The notes beneath the pieces are model-generated. The model saw only the letters and a list, made by a program, of their open reading frames with translations. It was not told where the DNA came from and searched no databases. A stretch of DNA of 64,000 bases from Oikopleura dioica (lineage: Eukaryota > Animalia > Chordata). Position 1 is the stretch's first letter. Every line of letters begins with the position of its first letter. Positions 24,493-36,431 of this stretch are shown here, one piece after another. The position numbers and the translations under genes are program-made. The stretch covers positions 10,168,001 to 10,232,000 of the forward strand of contig OU015568.1 of assembly GCA_907165135.1 (NCBI GenBank), given 5' to 3'.

Positions 24493-27400
24493 ATGGAAGA
24501 TATAGCTGTGGCCTCAGCTGAAGGTACTATTCAACTGCTTTTGCATCTTTTTGACATTATTTTCTCCAAAGCAGTAATTCCCTGACCAGTAATGTTTTGA
24601 GCGTAATCTCGTCAAATTAGAAAACGTAACACGATTTCTAAAACAATTCACGTTTCACGTACTCAACAAGCTTATAGATTTATTAGCAGCGCAACGTAAA
24701 GTCGAGTTCTTTAGCGTCGGAGCACCTTGAGATTGTGGGAGATTTAGAACATGGATGGGAAGAAGTCGGCGGTGTTTTTATTCTTTCCGTTTATGTTATT
24801 ATCGCAGCGTTGCTAAAACTCGGGTTTCATCAAATTTGCGGCAATCCTTTTCCCGTACCTGAGGATTGGTTTCGTCAATTCAAAACTGTTATGATTACTC
24901 TATTATCATAATGGATTTACCAAGATTTAATTTATGGATTGACGAATCCTTTATCAGTGTGTGCTTCTTATCTGCACCGGACTTGTGGCGGGAGGGATTG
25001 CTTATTTGATCCAAGACGACCAGAATATTGCCGACATTTACTTTACGCCAACGATTTTCTTCGTCATTATCCTTCCGCCGATCGTATTCGAGGCCGGATA
25101 TTTCATGCCTAAAGACCCGTTCTTCGATAATCTAGGAACGATATTGACTTATGCGATTTTCGGAACCTTTTTTAACGCTATGGCAATTGGTGGATCCATT
25201 TATTGCGTCGTTACGTATGGCCTCGTTCCCGGTTTTGACGAAGAGATCAGGAAGGGTGAAGAAATCCATCTTTATTTCTCCAAGAAATCATCCGCTTTCT
25301 TCACACGATGCAAGTTTCATTCACTGCCTTCTGTTTGGATCTATTATTTCCGCTGTGGATCCGGTCGCTGTCATTGCGGTCTTCGATGAAATCCACGTGA
25401 ACATGACCCTCTACATTTGCGTCTTCGGTGAATCGCTGCTCAACGATGGTGTAGCTGTTGTGCTCTACCGAGTGTTTGAGGGCTTCGCGAATTTGGAAAA
25501 TAACGAGCCTCCACCATCGAATTGGGGACCTGAAGGAAAATGGCTTCTCATTATTTTCTTTGATTCTATCAAGGGCGCATTGTCTTTGTTGAAAACAATT
25601 TTGATATAATTTGCAATTACTTCACGTGTCTGGCGCAAATGAAATTTACAAAATTAGTTGTCGATAATTAATGCTGAAAAAAGGACATCCTTGATAAATG
25701 GACAAAATTGAAAAAATTATGCTCAAGTTAGAGAAGCTTGAATCAGTTGGTCGAGCATTTTTGAAGTTTTTAGTCGTCGCTGGAGGTGGATTAGTCGTTG
25801 GTCTCGTCTACGGGTTTATCGGTAAACTGAATCAACTCGTCAACCTTTATTTGCGCTTCAAATAGGCTCGCTGATGACAAAATACACGAAACACGCTCCG
25901 ATTATAGAACCGCTCCTCATTTACGCTTGTGCCTATTTGGCTTATCTCACCGCCGAGTGGATTCAGGTAAACCTAGCCTTCAACTTCATCTCTCACGCTC
26001 TCACGGACAAAATAAATACTTAGTAGCCTTCTCAATGTCAGGCATTGTTAAGGTCATCGTTTACAAAAGTGCACCTAGCGTTAATTGTCATTTCTAGCTC
26101 TCATCAATCATCGCGATCGTCTTCGCCGGGTTCTTCATGAAGCCATTTTGTGAAGCAAACATGGCTCCCAGTTCGATCTCATCTCTTCACTACATCCAAA
26201 AGCTCTTGTCGAGCATTATGGACATCACGATTTTCATTTTCCTCGGAATTTCAGCTATCTCCGACTTCTGGGTCCACTGGAATACTGGCTTTGTCATTTG
26301 GCTATTGGATTCGAAAAGATTTACTTTTAGACCTTCATTTTTTGATAAAAAGAATAAGTTCTCGATCCAATCTTAGACCATCGTCTTCATCACTATTTAC
26401 CGAGTCATTTCCGTCTATGTCCTCACCTTCATTCTTAACATTGGACGTCTTGATAGAATCAGCTACGTTGACCAGTTCGTTATGGCATACGGAGGGCTTC
26501 GAGGTGGAATTGCATTCTCTTTGTGCAAACTTATGTGCATCAATACTGTTCCTTCAATTCAATCAATGTTGTGCTCGACTATCGTTGCTGTCTTCTTTAC
26601 CTCTTTTGTCCAGGTAGTTAGCATAAAATATGTTCGCTATCTAATTTTTTAGGGGATGACAATTAAACCGATCGTAGAATGGCTTCAAGTCAAAAAACAA
26701 GGTGAACAGGAGCAGACTGTTTTGAAAGAAATGACCGAATCCGTCGTGGACCATTTGACTGTCGGAATCGCCGACATTATTCAATCACGTGGCCGTCATT
26801 GGTGGATGAACAGGATCGCCAATCTCACAGATGACTACATTACACCAATTCTTGTCCGTGAGCCTGATAAAATCAAGAACCAAAGTAAGCGGACGCAATT
26901 AAAAAGTCCCAACAAGTTTATCTCAAGGCATCATTGACGTCTGGGCTCAACTCAATGTGGAGGATGCTGCGAAACTTGTGCAGAAACAAACAGATGTTAA
27001 AAATTATGCTGGACTAGAAAACGACGACGACGATTTGAACAAAATCAGATTATTGTTACCTGGAGCTCTCGTTGGCGATGAAAGGATCAATCCTGAAGTA
27101 AGTTTTTTGCGATGAGTGTGTTTTTAACAAAAATTCAGGCGCCCCATGGCCAAGAAGGTTTTGGCGGAGAAAGAGCACAAACAGACATCAAAATGCACCA
27201 CATGCTTCGCGACAACCTCTACGCGAACAGACAACGAATCGAGCTTTCTGGCCACATCAAGTATCGAAATCTTGGTTCAAGCTCTGAGCAAGCTAATTTA
27301 ACGGTATTTTTTATTTCACGAATTCTATTTATGAATTCCCTTAGAAACAACAGCAAGAAATCCTCGTCCGCCGACGAATCAAGTCGTTGAAAGAAACGCC

Positions 27401-27757
27401 TGAGCAGATAGAGTTTAGAAAGCAGATGAGGAAGACAGAGGCCCAAAGAAAAACGTATAGAAAGACAATAAGCGAAGGAAGAAAAACAATGAGCTTGGAA
27501 CCTAGGAAGACGGTGACAACGCCAGTAACTCCACAGCCAGAAATGTTTGAGATGGCGCCGAGAAAAACAAAGATTTTATTTGGTAAATTTTCAATATTAA
27601 AATTATCTTCGTAAAATAAACTTCAGAAGAGCCCGTTGAACCCACTCCACCTTCCGACCTTCCATGGAGAAATAGCGGCAACGATGACCACGCTGCAACG
27701 CGATCAACTCAAGGACGACCTCAATCCCAGCTCTTAGAACACGAGAAATCACTTTAA
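24493..27757 (+). CDS. SLC9A plasma-membrane-type Na+/H+ exchanger (NHE1-5-like); start codon uncertain
   Basis: [106 protein letters not shown], long hydrophilic tail. Confidence 0.93.
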
Positions 27758-27803
27758 CTTATTTCCCATCTGTAATAAAGACGTACATATATACAGACAT
27801 TCT

Positions 27804-28325
27804 TTATTTATCTTCAGAAACGCTGATTGTGTCACTAGAGAGTGATGGCAGTTTGATCGCCTTCAATTTCTTCTTTCTCGACTTGAGAAACGTTTTTTCG
27901 AATGAACTTGGTTTTATGGTTTGATTTGGACAGTCTTTCGCCATCTTTTTATATACGAGTTCGAGCTTCTTTAGGCTTTGAGATATTTCTGACTCCTTGG
28001 TTCTTTGCTTTTGAATGGTTCTCAATAGAAATTTAATACTGATACTTTTATTTGATTGAATAACCTTAGCTTCTCATGAAGACTTTTGATTGTTTCGAAT
28101 ATGCCGATTTCTTCATCTCCCAGCTTGTCTATTTCTGTCTATTTTTGGAATTTTTACGCTTAGTGAAAAGAATTTTGAGACTCGTAAATAATGCTCTTCC
28201 TGCAAATCTGTAATTTCTTTTTCGAACTTTTTCTTCTCGATAACTTCAAGCTTCGTTTTCGCATCCATAATTTTCTTTTCGGACTCCTCGATAATTTTTC
28301 TCAAATTTTCTTCCTCCGAATTCAT
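27804..28325 (-). CDS. Small Lys/Glu-rich coiled-coil protein, unknown family
   Basis: MNSEEENLRKIIEESEKKIMDAKTKLEVIEKKK, continued through short introns into LGDEEIGIFETIKSLHEKL and TIQKQRTKESEISQSLKKLE. Confidence 0.5.
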
Positions 28326-28752
28326 CGTCAGATAAAAAAAAGTCTAAGGTAGTGTTTTTTAGTACACGCGGCAGTGACAACTTCTTCCAGGTGTATTGAA
28401 CTGCTGTCAAATTATCCAACACTGCATCAACCAAGTCCTTATAATGGCCAGCAACGCAAACACATTATCAAATTTTTGAAATACTATAATTACTCTATTC
28501 GCTCTTTGTGACTCTCTTTTAGGCAAAAGATGAGAAGATGCAGCCTGTAAGAACACAGAAGCTTCATTTTCAAGTGGACATGCCAAATCTACCCTTGAAA
28601 TCGATTCTCATATTTTGCAAGTACTCTTGTCTTGCGCAAGTATCTTTTTATTTCGAAGCTCGAATTCATGAATCTTTTGGATACAGAAATGTGAAAATAA
28701 TGTGCAGAATATACAAAGTTGTAAACATAAATAGAAGCTATCAATAATTATT

Positions 28753-30778
28753 CTAGTGCGGAGCAACAGGACATGTAATTATTCCACCGTAGCCTTCTAA
28801 TTCATCCAATGCCGGGCAATGCGAGTTTTCTGATTTGACATTCCATGCCAAACCACCGCCTTCGGGAGTAAGGATGTACCACCCAGTTCCATATACGCTG
28901 TAGCTGCCATATTTGATCGTGAAGATGCGTTGACCTTCTTTCACCTTTTCCTGAATGTACTCGACGTTTCCAGACGAGTCGCGGAAGACTTTATTCTTAT
29001 TTGGGTCGCTAGCATCGGTTTCCATGCGAATAGAGAAAATACCAGCGTAGGGCATAGTAGACTCGAGCATCAATTTCGAGCAGCAGACTCCATGCGAATG
29101 ATTGTTCACAAGATTTTTCGCTATGAAAATTATTGAAGAGTCTTTTTTCATTCAAACTTACCTTTTTCAACTTTTCTAAAGTCGACGCAATCCTTGCAAT
29201 CACAATGGTCTTTTGTTATGCCGCAGTAGCCGTTAGGACTGCAACAGGGGCCATTGTGTGGTTTTTGTATCGTCCAGTCGGCCTCAGTGGTACTGCATCC
29301 TGTATTGTTCCATTTCGGACCGCAGTGATGATAGTTTGGCCCAGCCAGAATCGGCGGGAGAACAGGATGGTTCTTGTGCCAGTCCTAAACGATCGATTTT
29401 GATCTGAAAATCTTGAAAAAGTACCTTTGGATTACAAAGTGGAAATTCTTCAACATATTTGTAACCATCAATTTTGCAGTCTACGTGGTGCTTCACAAAC
29501 TTCGGCCAAAGACAATCAATACTTTCGGGCGTATATTTATGGACGATCACTGAAATGAATATTTCATTTTTTGGGATTTTGAATAAAACATTACCAGTTT
29601 CAGCAACTTTACAAACATCAAATTTAAGTTCGTCACGTGGCCGAAATCCCCAAACGTGGAATCGTTTGTCAGCAAAAACGTGATCCTAGAGACCAAATAT
29701 TAAATGTAGAGAATGACAGTAATTACCTGTAGGCCAGCTCGACGCATGCACACTCCAATAAAGGCGTCGTCAATCGGGATTATTGGAGTTATTTTGATAT
29801 TTTCTTGAAGAGCAAAAATGGCTTTACGGTTCATTACCAAGCCACCTCCGGAAACGTACGGTGGGTATTTATCTTCAGGCCAAATATCATCTCCGTATTT
29901 CTTGCCAACGCCACTTTTGTCTTTTTTCACTTTCGGCTGCTGCGGCAATTTGTTCCCCCAGATTCCAGCTTCTTCGTAGTCTTTCTTCTCGTCAATAAAA
30001 TCCAACAAACCAAATGGATTCACCAGAACATCATCGTCTCCTTTGAACGCAAATTTTACATCTGGGCAGTTGTGAATCGTCCAAGTCAAAAACATTGAGT
30101 CTTTGAAAGTCAGATTGTGGAAGGAGTCCACAAAATCGCCGAATAAAATATCATCATGAAGCAATTCATCTTCCACTAGTGATGACGGGGCATCTTCGCT
30201 TGCGCCAAGCAAGAAGACGAACTTGGCATTAAAACCTTTGTACAATGAAAGTTGCCCATAACTCCTTCGAATTGCATCTCGACGGTCTTTATTTTTCAGC
30301 GAGCTTTTGAGACCAAGAACAAGGTCGGTCTTTGTAAGAGTTGTCAACGATTAAAAACATTTGACAAGGTGATAACAAACTATTAATTCTTGACTATACA
30401 AATTTCAAGCTTGGCAACTCTTTCCTTTTTAGGGATCTCTCTTGGTGAGTAGAGAATACTGAATGCAAGAGTTTTCGTAACTGGAGGATCATAAGTTCCT
30501 ACATCAACGAAGAATTTCTCAGAGCTGTCAACAAGTGGACTTTTTGGAGCGGGATACTTGTTGTATTTCACTTTGCTGTGGACGAAATTGGACGAAACAG
30601 ATTTGGAATCGCAGGGCTCATTTTCCGACCACTGCAAAATTGGCTTCGTAGATTTGAGGAGAAATAATTCTGATCTGAGAGCGATTGTGTAGTAAAGCAA
30701 TAGGAAATTCGTCGTCAAACTGGCGATCAGTAGAGGGTTTCCTGAACGTGTCTCTTTACTTGATGTTTGATTGCTCAT
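28753..30778 (-). CDS. GT31 beta-1,3-glycosyltransferase (B3GNT-like) with a C-terminal hevein-like domain and a further Cys-bounded domain
   Basis: Type II TM anchor; RRDAIRRSYG, DILFGDFVDSFHNLTFK, FKGDDDV, YPPYVSGGG, IDDAFIG, VHKYTP. In-frame GT-AG introns (29385-29424, 29121-29161) continue into CGPKWNNTGC..PCCSPNGYCGITKDHCDCKDC and then the 28753 ORF. Confidence 0.88.
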
Positions 30779-32052
30779 TTTCTCATATTTACACTGTACA
30801 TTTTTACTCTCCGTTTTTAGCGAGACACTCAAAAGATGAACAAAGACTCATAAAATCAGGCAAGCGCGGATTAGGAATCATCTAATATCCTAGAATGATT
30901 ATTTAGCTATTATAGCTAAATATGATATTAATTCATTTGTCATATCCTTAGTTTTTTGCTGTCTTGTTTCTTACCTAAAGGATTTTGAGATCTTCGCCCT
31001 GCAAGTCTCTTATACTGAGCCATAATGTTCGGCAAATCTCGATCTGGTATAAACTGCTTCTCTCTAGCAACGCTTATCGGATGAATTCAGACGCAGGAGC
31101 CACTAACAGGCATTGTAGGATTTAGTAGACATTGCTTTGGTAATGTTTGTCAATGTGTCAAATCGCCTGGGCCCTATGAGCTCTTTGTGTGAACTTTGTT
31201 AGTCACAAACTCAAATTCTTCACTCGCCTCAGGCACTGGCAACGTGCCTGTCAAGCCCCATCAAATGCGGAAGTAACGCTCTCCTTTGTTTTCTCGTTTT
31301 TACGAAAAAATTGTGAACTGGCAGGTGTCCGTGATTTGGCTTATAAATGTATTCAACCATGCTTAGACGATAGATTGATCGCGTGAATGGCCATTTTTCT
31401 CTGAGGAATCTGGGATAATCGAAAGCCCCCTTTCTTCTATTGCAGAGCTCGAATCATTGCTTAGGGAGGAGTGAATTATGCAGTCGTCTACAGATGAATG
31501 CGGTGACGATCTCGGACCGACCTGCAAAATTAAAGGGCCCGTACAGGACAATGGAGACAAAGGGGATGAATTATTCCAACAGATGTGTAGATTGTGCGGT
31601 GTAGTTTTTCAATAATAAAAGCCATAATTTGTTACTTATAGTCTGATTACTTATTCAAAGCACTTATATATCGAAGTAAAGTAAAAATTAGGACGCTATA
31701 ATGATTCTGATAATTAAGTTGTATAAAATAATGTCATGCTCGTACGAGGCGACTTCACAAACTACGAACGAAAACTTTGTATCCGAAAGAGAGGTGGGGC
31801 TTGGAAATAATTTAATTGAGAGAATTATCCTGTTTTCTTACTGCCAAAGAACGTCTGTGTGCTCTGTGCCTGTCTTTTAACAAACTCCAAGATAAATTCT
31901 TACATTTTTCTTGAAAGTATCTTTTTATCTACCCTCGTGCAGTCACCGTTTATGGGCTGCAAAAATAAGACACAATAGTTCAGTCAACAGAATTACCTCG
32001 AAGGACGGCCCGAAAGATATTCAGAGAAACCCGCCCATGACTCCAATTGCAC

Positions 32053-33353
32053 ATGGGTACCTACAATAATCTGAAAGAGATGCATGTTCAAACTCGTATT
32101 GATGATGGACACATCGCATGCGTTCATAGAAGGAGTCAGCCAGAGCCTTGTCCGATGTTCCAGGTAGCTTCGAACTTTCGTCATCTTCATCAAAGAAAAT
32201 CTATACTTATTAAAGTTCATGAGATGGCTTGGTGGTGGTAGATTTGGCGATATTCATCTAGGAAGGAGGCTCAAAGATGCTAAAGAAATCGTACTGAAAG
32301 TAGAACGGTCCAATGCAGACCTTCCTCAGTCTTTGGTTCATATATAATGTATTTTTTTCGATTTGAGATTTAAAGTTTGAATTCTTAACCAATGATAGCT
32401 TAAAATCGAACATGTGATATATAGCATTCTTCACAATAGAAAGAACAAGAAACTTGATCATTTCCCATTTTTTCACAGGTTCGAGCATTCCGTGAACCTC
32501 AATTACACCGAGTACAGAGACGGAAAATCGTTGGATTCTGGAATGGACAAATTCAACTTCTTGGGTAACTCATTTCAATTCAAGAACCTAGAAATATGAT
32601 TCTTTAGCGATTGAGCGACTTGGACCTGATTGTTCCAAACTCCTTGATCATGCGAAACAACAAGAACTCTACAAGAAAAACAGCCATCCTAATCAAGAAT
32701 TCAATCGAGGCTTGAGTTATACAACAGTGGTCGAAGTTGGGGAGCAACTTTTTTCCGCCTTGAAATACATGCATGAGAAGGAGATAATCCATCGCGATAT
32801 CAAGCCGCAGAATATTTTGGCCGGGAGAGGAAAAGATCGCATCCGAAACATCTTCCTCGTCGACTTTGGTGTGGCAAAGCGTTTCAAGGAAGAGGTAACT
32901 CAAGAATCTGACTCTCGAAGTTTAACACACTCAAAAAAGGGAAAATTCATGAAGGATGGAATCGGAACCCGCGTGGGAAGTGCTCATTATCACTCGATTA
33001 ATCTCATGTACGACGATGCATCAGTCAGAGATGACTGTATTTCAGCAATTTACGTCCTTGTTGAACTGTACAAAAGCAAGCTCTGGTGGGAGCACTTGCA
33101 TCCAAATAATGAGGATGAAGAGATGTGCGAGATGAAGACTGAATATCTTGATGAGGATAAATGGGCTGATGAGTTCCCAGAGCTCGTACCACTTTGCAAG
33201 GTTCTGGTAGAGCTGCATATCACCCTCTTCGACGAAATGCCCCCGTATGCGCTCATCAAAACCACCTTCGACGAAATGAAAACTTCCAAATTCTACAAAG
33301 ATCAACAACTCGACTGGTTGATTGAAGAAAACGGCTTCAAAAAGCTCTGGTGA
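32053..33353 (+). CDS. Divergent casein kinase 1-like kinase A
   Basis: LGGGRFGDIHLG, IVLKVE, LKIEHVIY, ERLGPD, HRDIKPQN, IFLVDFGVAKRF, SIN..RDDCIS. Confidence 0.85.
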
Positions 33354-33660
33354 ACAAAAGTCTTTTCCTCGCTGAAATCACACTTGTCATTTTCTTTGAA
33401 GTTCAGGTTCACAATCTCGAAATAAAATCTCACCAACTGTCACGTCTTTTTTGCCTCCGGCAGTAAAAAGCGTAAAAATAAAACGCATCTATCGATTCCG
33501 GAAACATGTGTGAAAGTAATGAGTCATGATATTTACTTTTTCGTTTTCCCTCTGAGACGTTCGCAGGTTTTCATCAAAAAGGGAAAAGCAGATCGAGACG
33601 CCCCGGAGGCTTTCTCTATTATTTCGATTTTTCTTGAAGAAAAAGGAGTCGATCGAGAGA

Positions 33661-35060
33661 ATGAGAGACAGATTCATCATTGATGAAGGGCAAACAGTCT
33701 GTGTACGAAGGAGAACAGTGCCGGAACCTGTTCCGATGTTTCAGGTAAAATTTCAACTAAAAAATTTGCGATCCATTATGAAAAAAATGATAATTTTTCA
33801 TTGATGAACAAATATTTCTGATAGATCAAAAATCAACTTGGATCTGGAGGATTTGGTGCAGTCTACGAAGCTCTGAAGATAAATTCGAAAACCAAATCAG
33901 ACGAAACGGTCGTGCTGAAATTGGAACGAGCTGATGCTGAATACCCCCAGGAATCGGTTTATTTCCATTTTTAATTGAAAACGAAGAATAATTAGCGAGA
34001 ACCACGAAAAAGTTGAAGATCGAGTACACAATTTACACCAAACTACACGATCGACAAAGCAAAAAATTGAGAAATTTCGCATTCTTCCATCGATTTGCTT
34101 GTGATGTCGAGCTTCAGTCGAAGGAGGTGGTGGATGACCCCCGACTACCTGACTTTGGCCAAGTAAAGTTCCGTGGACCGCAGAGCTTCAACATCTTAGG
34201 AACAGATCACTTATTTTTTATGAATATTTTCGCCAAACAAACCATTATTGATCTTCAGAAAGCTCTTGAAAAACTGGGCCCTGATCTGCTTACTATTCTC
34301 AAGTACGCCAAAGCCAACGACTTCTACCTTTTGAACAAGCACTACAACCAGAAATACAACAAGGGATTGAGCTTTACTACCGTCATTAACACGGGAGAGC
34401 AAATCTTCAGCGCTCTGGAATATCTTCACTCCAAGAACTTGCTGCACCGAGATATCAAGCCGCAAAATATTTTAACTGGCCGGGATGATCGGAAGCAGAA
34501 CATTTTTCTCGTCGATTTTGGTCTTTCTAAATGCTACAGAAATGGGGTAAACTTCGAAAACGGGATTACAACAGTTATCTTAATCTTAGATGAAGGAAAT
34601 GCCAGACGAACACAAGCACGGGCCAGGAACTGACTTCTACAAGTCGATCAACATCACCTCTCCCTCAAAGGATCAGCGCGAAAACATCAGCTCCGCTTCG
34701 CTCAGGGATGACTGTATTTCCGCCATCTATGTTTTGATTGAGCTGTACAAGGGCGAACTTCCCTGGGGGAAATACGATCGAAGTCAGAAGAAGAAGATCT
34801 ACGAGATGAAGGAAGCCCTCCTAAACGAGAAAAAATGGAAAGCCGAGTTTCCAGAGCTCCTGCCCCTTTGCCCAGTCCTCGAAGACCTCCATGTTCTCCA
34901 ATTTGGAGAAACACCTCCTTACAGGGACATCAAGCAGACTTTCGATGCGATGAAAACGCATCGAAACTACCGCCAAGATGAATACTTGGACTGGCTCATC
35001 GAAGAAAATGGATTCGACATTCTCTGGCAGCCAAAAATCACGAAAAGAAGAACTTGTTGA
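33661..35060 (+). CDS. Divergent casein kinase 1-like kinase B (tandem paralog)
   Basis: LGSGGFGAVY, VVLKLE, LKIEYTIY, EKLGPD, HRDIKPQN, IFLVDFGLSKCY, SIN..RDDCIS. Same intron positions as copy A; needs one extra A in the run at 34007-34011. Confidence 0.85.
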
Positions 35061-35299
35061 AGATTCGAAATGCTTTTATAAATTTGTCGCTCACATTCAT
35101 ACATGTTCATTGAAATTCAAATAGAGATTCATTACTGCAAAATTTCCCTTGAGAATAAGTTCAAGTTTTCTGTCTTTTTACGAAATAAAATTGTAACAAA
35201 GAAAAAAATTTTGCGTAATTTATGAGTGAGGAAGGTATCTCTAGCATCTGTACGTAAGATACGGTAAATTCAAAAGCGATCGAAAAAAGTGAAGAAAAA

Positions 35300-35380
35300 A
35301 AACGTTAATTCCGCGCGCCGCAAATGAACGCGCGTTTTGCGCCGCGCTCGGCCGCTTATTGGAGCGTTCTCGCGGAGAAA
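35300..35380 (+). promoter_or_regulatory. CG-rich promoter-like island upstream of the SSU72-SRSF3 unit
   Basis: Dense CGCG/GCGC motifs and a reverse CCAAT (ATTGG) in an AT-rich background just upstream of SSU72. Confidence 0.4.
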
Positions 35381-35475
35381 GAGGAAAAATTGATTAGATT
35401 TGGAACTTTCAGAAAGAGAGCATTCGGGAAGAGCAGGTTGAGAAGATGTCGCCGAGTGCGATAAGTGGGCCACTG

Positions 35476-36313
35476 ATGTCAGAGTTGAGCGTTGACGAAA
35501 GGAAGAAACGGTTGAGAAAGCGTTTGAGATTGATAGCAGACTCTAGAGATAATTGAATTTACAGTATAACTGGAGAGTTTTGCCCTAGAAATTATGAAAA
35601 ATATTGAAACGCAACTGAAGAATCGCTGTAATTTGCTCTTCAAACATGAATCGATCGATGGAAGCTCACCGGTTGCTGGAGAAGAAAGGGTACAACATTT
35701 CATCTTATGGGACGGGAAATCGAGTCAAGCTCCCAGGAACTTCCCACGACAACCCAAACGTGTATGCTTTTCAAACGCCCTACAATGAAATCTACGAAGA
35801 TTTATACAGAAAGGTACAGCCCTAACCTAACCTGAGTGCTGAGTTCAATCCTTATTTCTGAATGATTTTTCCTTCAATTTTCATTTGAAAAATTGTAGGA
35901 CCGAAACGTTTACCGCCAAAATGGAATGCTAAACATGCTGGACCGAAATCGCAAGATCAAACGGCACCCGGAGAAGTTTCAGGACAACAAGGATGTCTTC
36001 AACATCATCCTGAGCTGCGAGGAGCGCGTCTACGATCAGATTCTCACCGATTTCAACGAAAGAAAAGCTAAATCGTTTACCCAGTGCCATGTCATCAACT
36101 TGGACATTCCTGATAATCATGAAGACGCGGATATTGGAGCTATCGTCTTTTCACAGGTAGGAGAGAATCCCCGCTCGCCCGATTTCTAGCAAAATTTAGT
36201 TGCTCGACGAGTTGATAAAAGACAACGATTTGGATGCAAACATCGACGAGTTGCTCCAATCCTTCGAGGAAGAAAAGAAGCGAGATCTTATGCACTCTGT
36301 CGTTTTCTACTGA
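35476..36313 (+). CDS. SSU72: RNA polymerase II CTD phosphatase SSU72; start ambiguous
   Basis: IAVICSSNMNRSMEAH, GTGNRVKLPG, YRQNGMLNMLDRN, CEERVYDQIL, HSVVFY*. Confidence 0.95.
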
Positions 36314-36431
36314 AAAAACGCTGTCGAAGATTATTCTTGAATTCTAGGCTCAATTACTAAATTAAACGAACTGCCTTCAAAAAGTTAAAAGTTTGCCTTT
36401 TTCAGATTATCGAATAGAACAAGAGCCAAAG

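Noticed and set aside
26026-26052. Intronic stretch translating as AFSMSGIV, reminiscent of an NHE TM segment (alternative exon?)
   Set aside because: Flanking AG/GT give a 26-nt exon in the wrong frame; the direct splice WIQ|LSSIIAI already matches NHE3-type sequence.
31478-31615. 45-aa Cys-containing ORF after a TATAAA, preceded by an in-frame TGA (selenocysteine or ShK-like peptide?)
   Set aside because: No start codon upstream of the TGA in that frame, no SECIS seen, and the Cys pattern is incomplete for ShKT.
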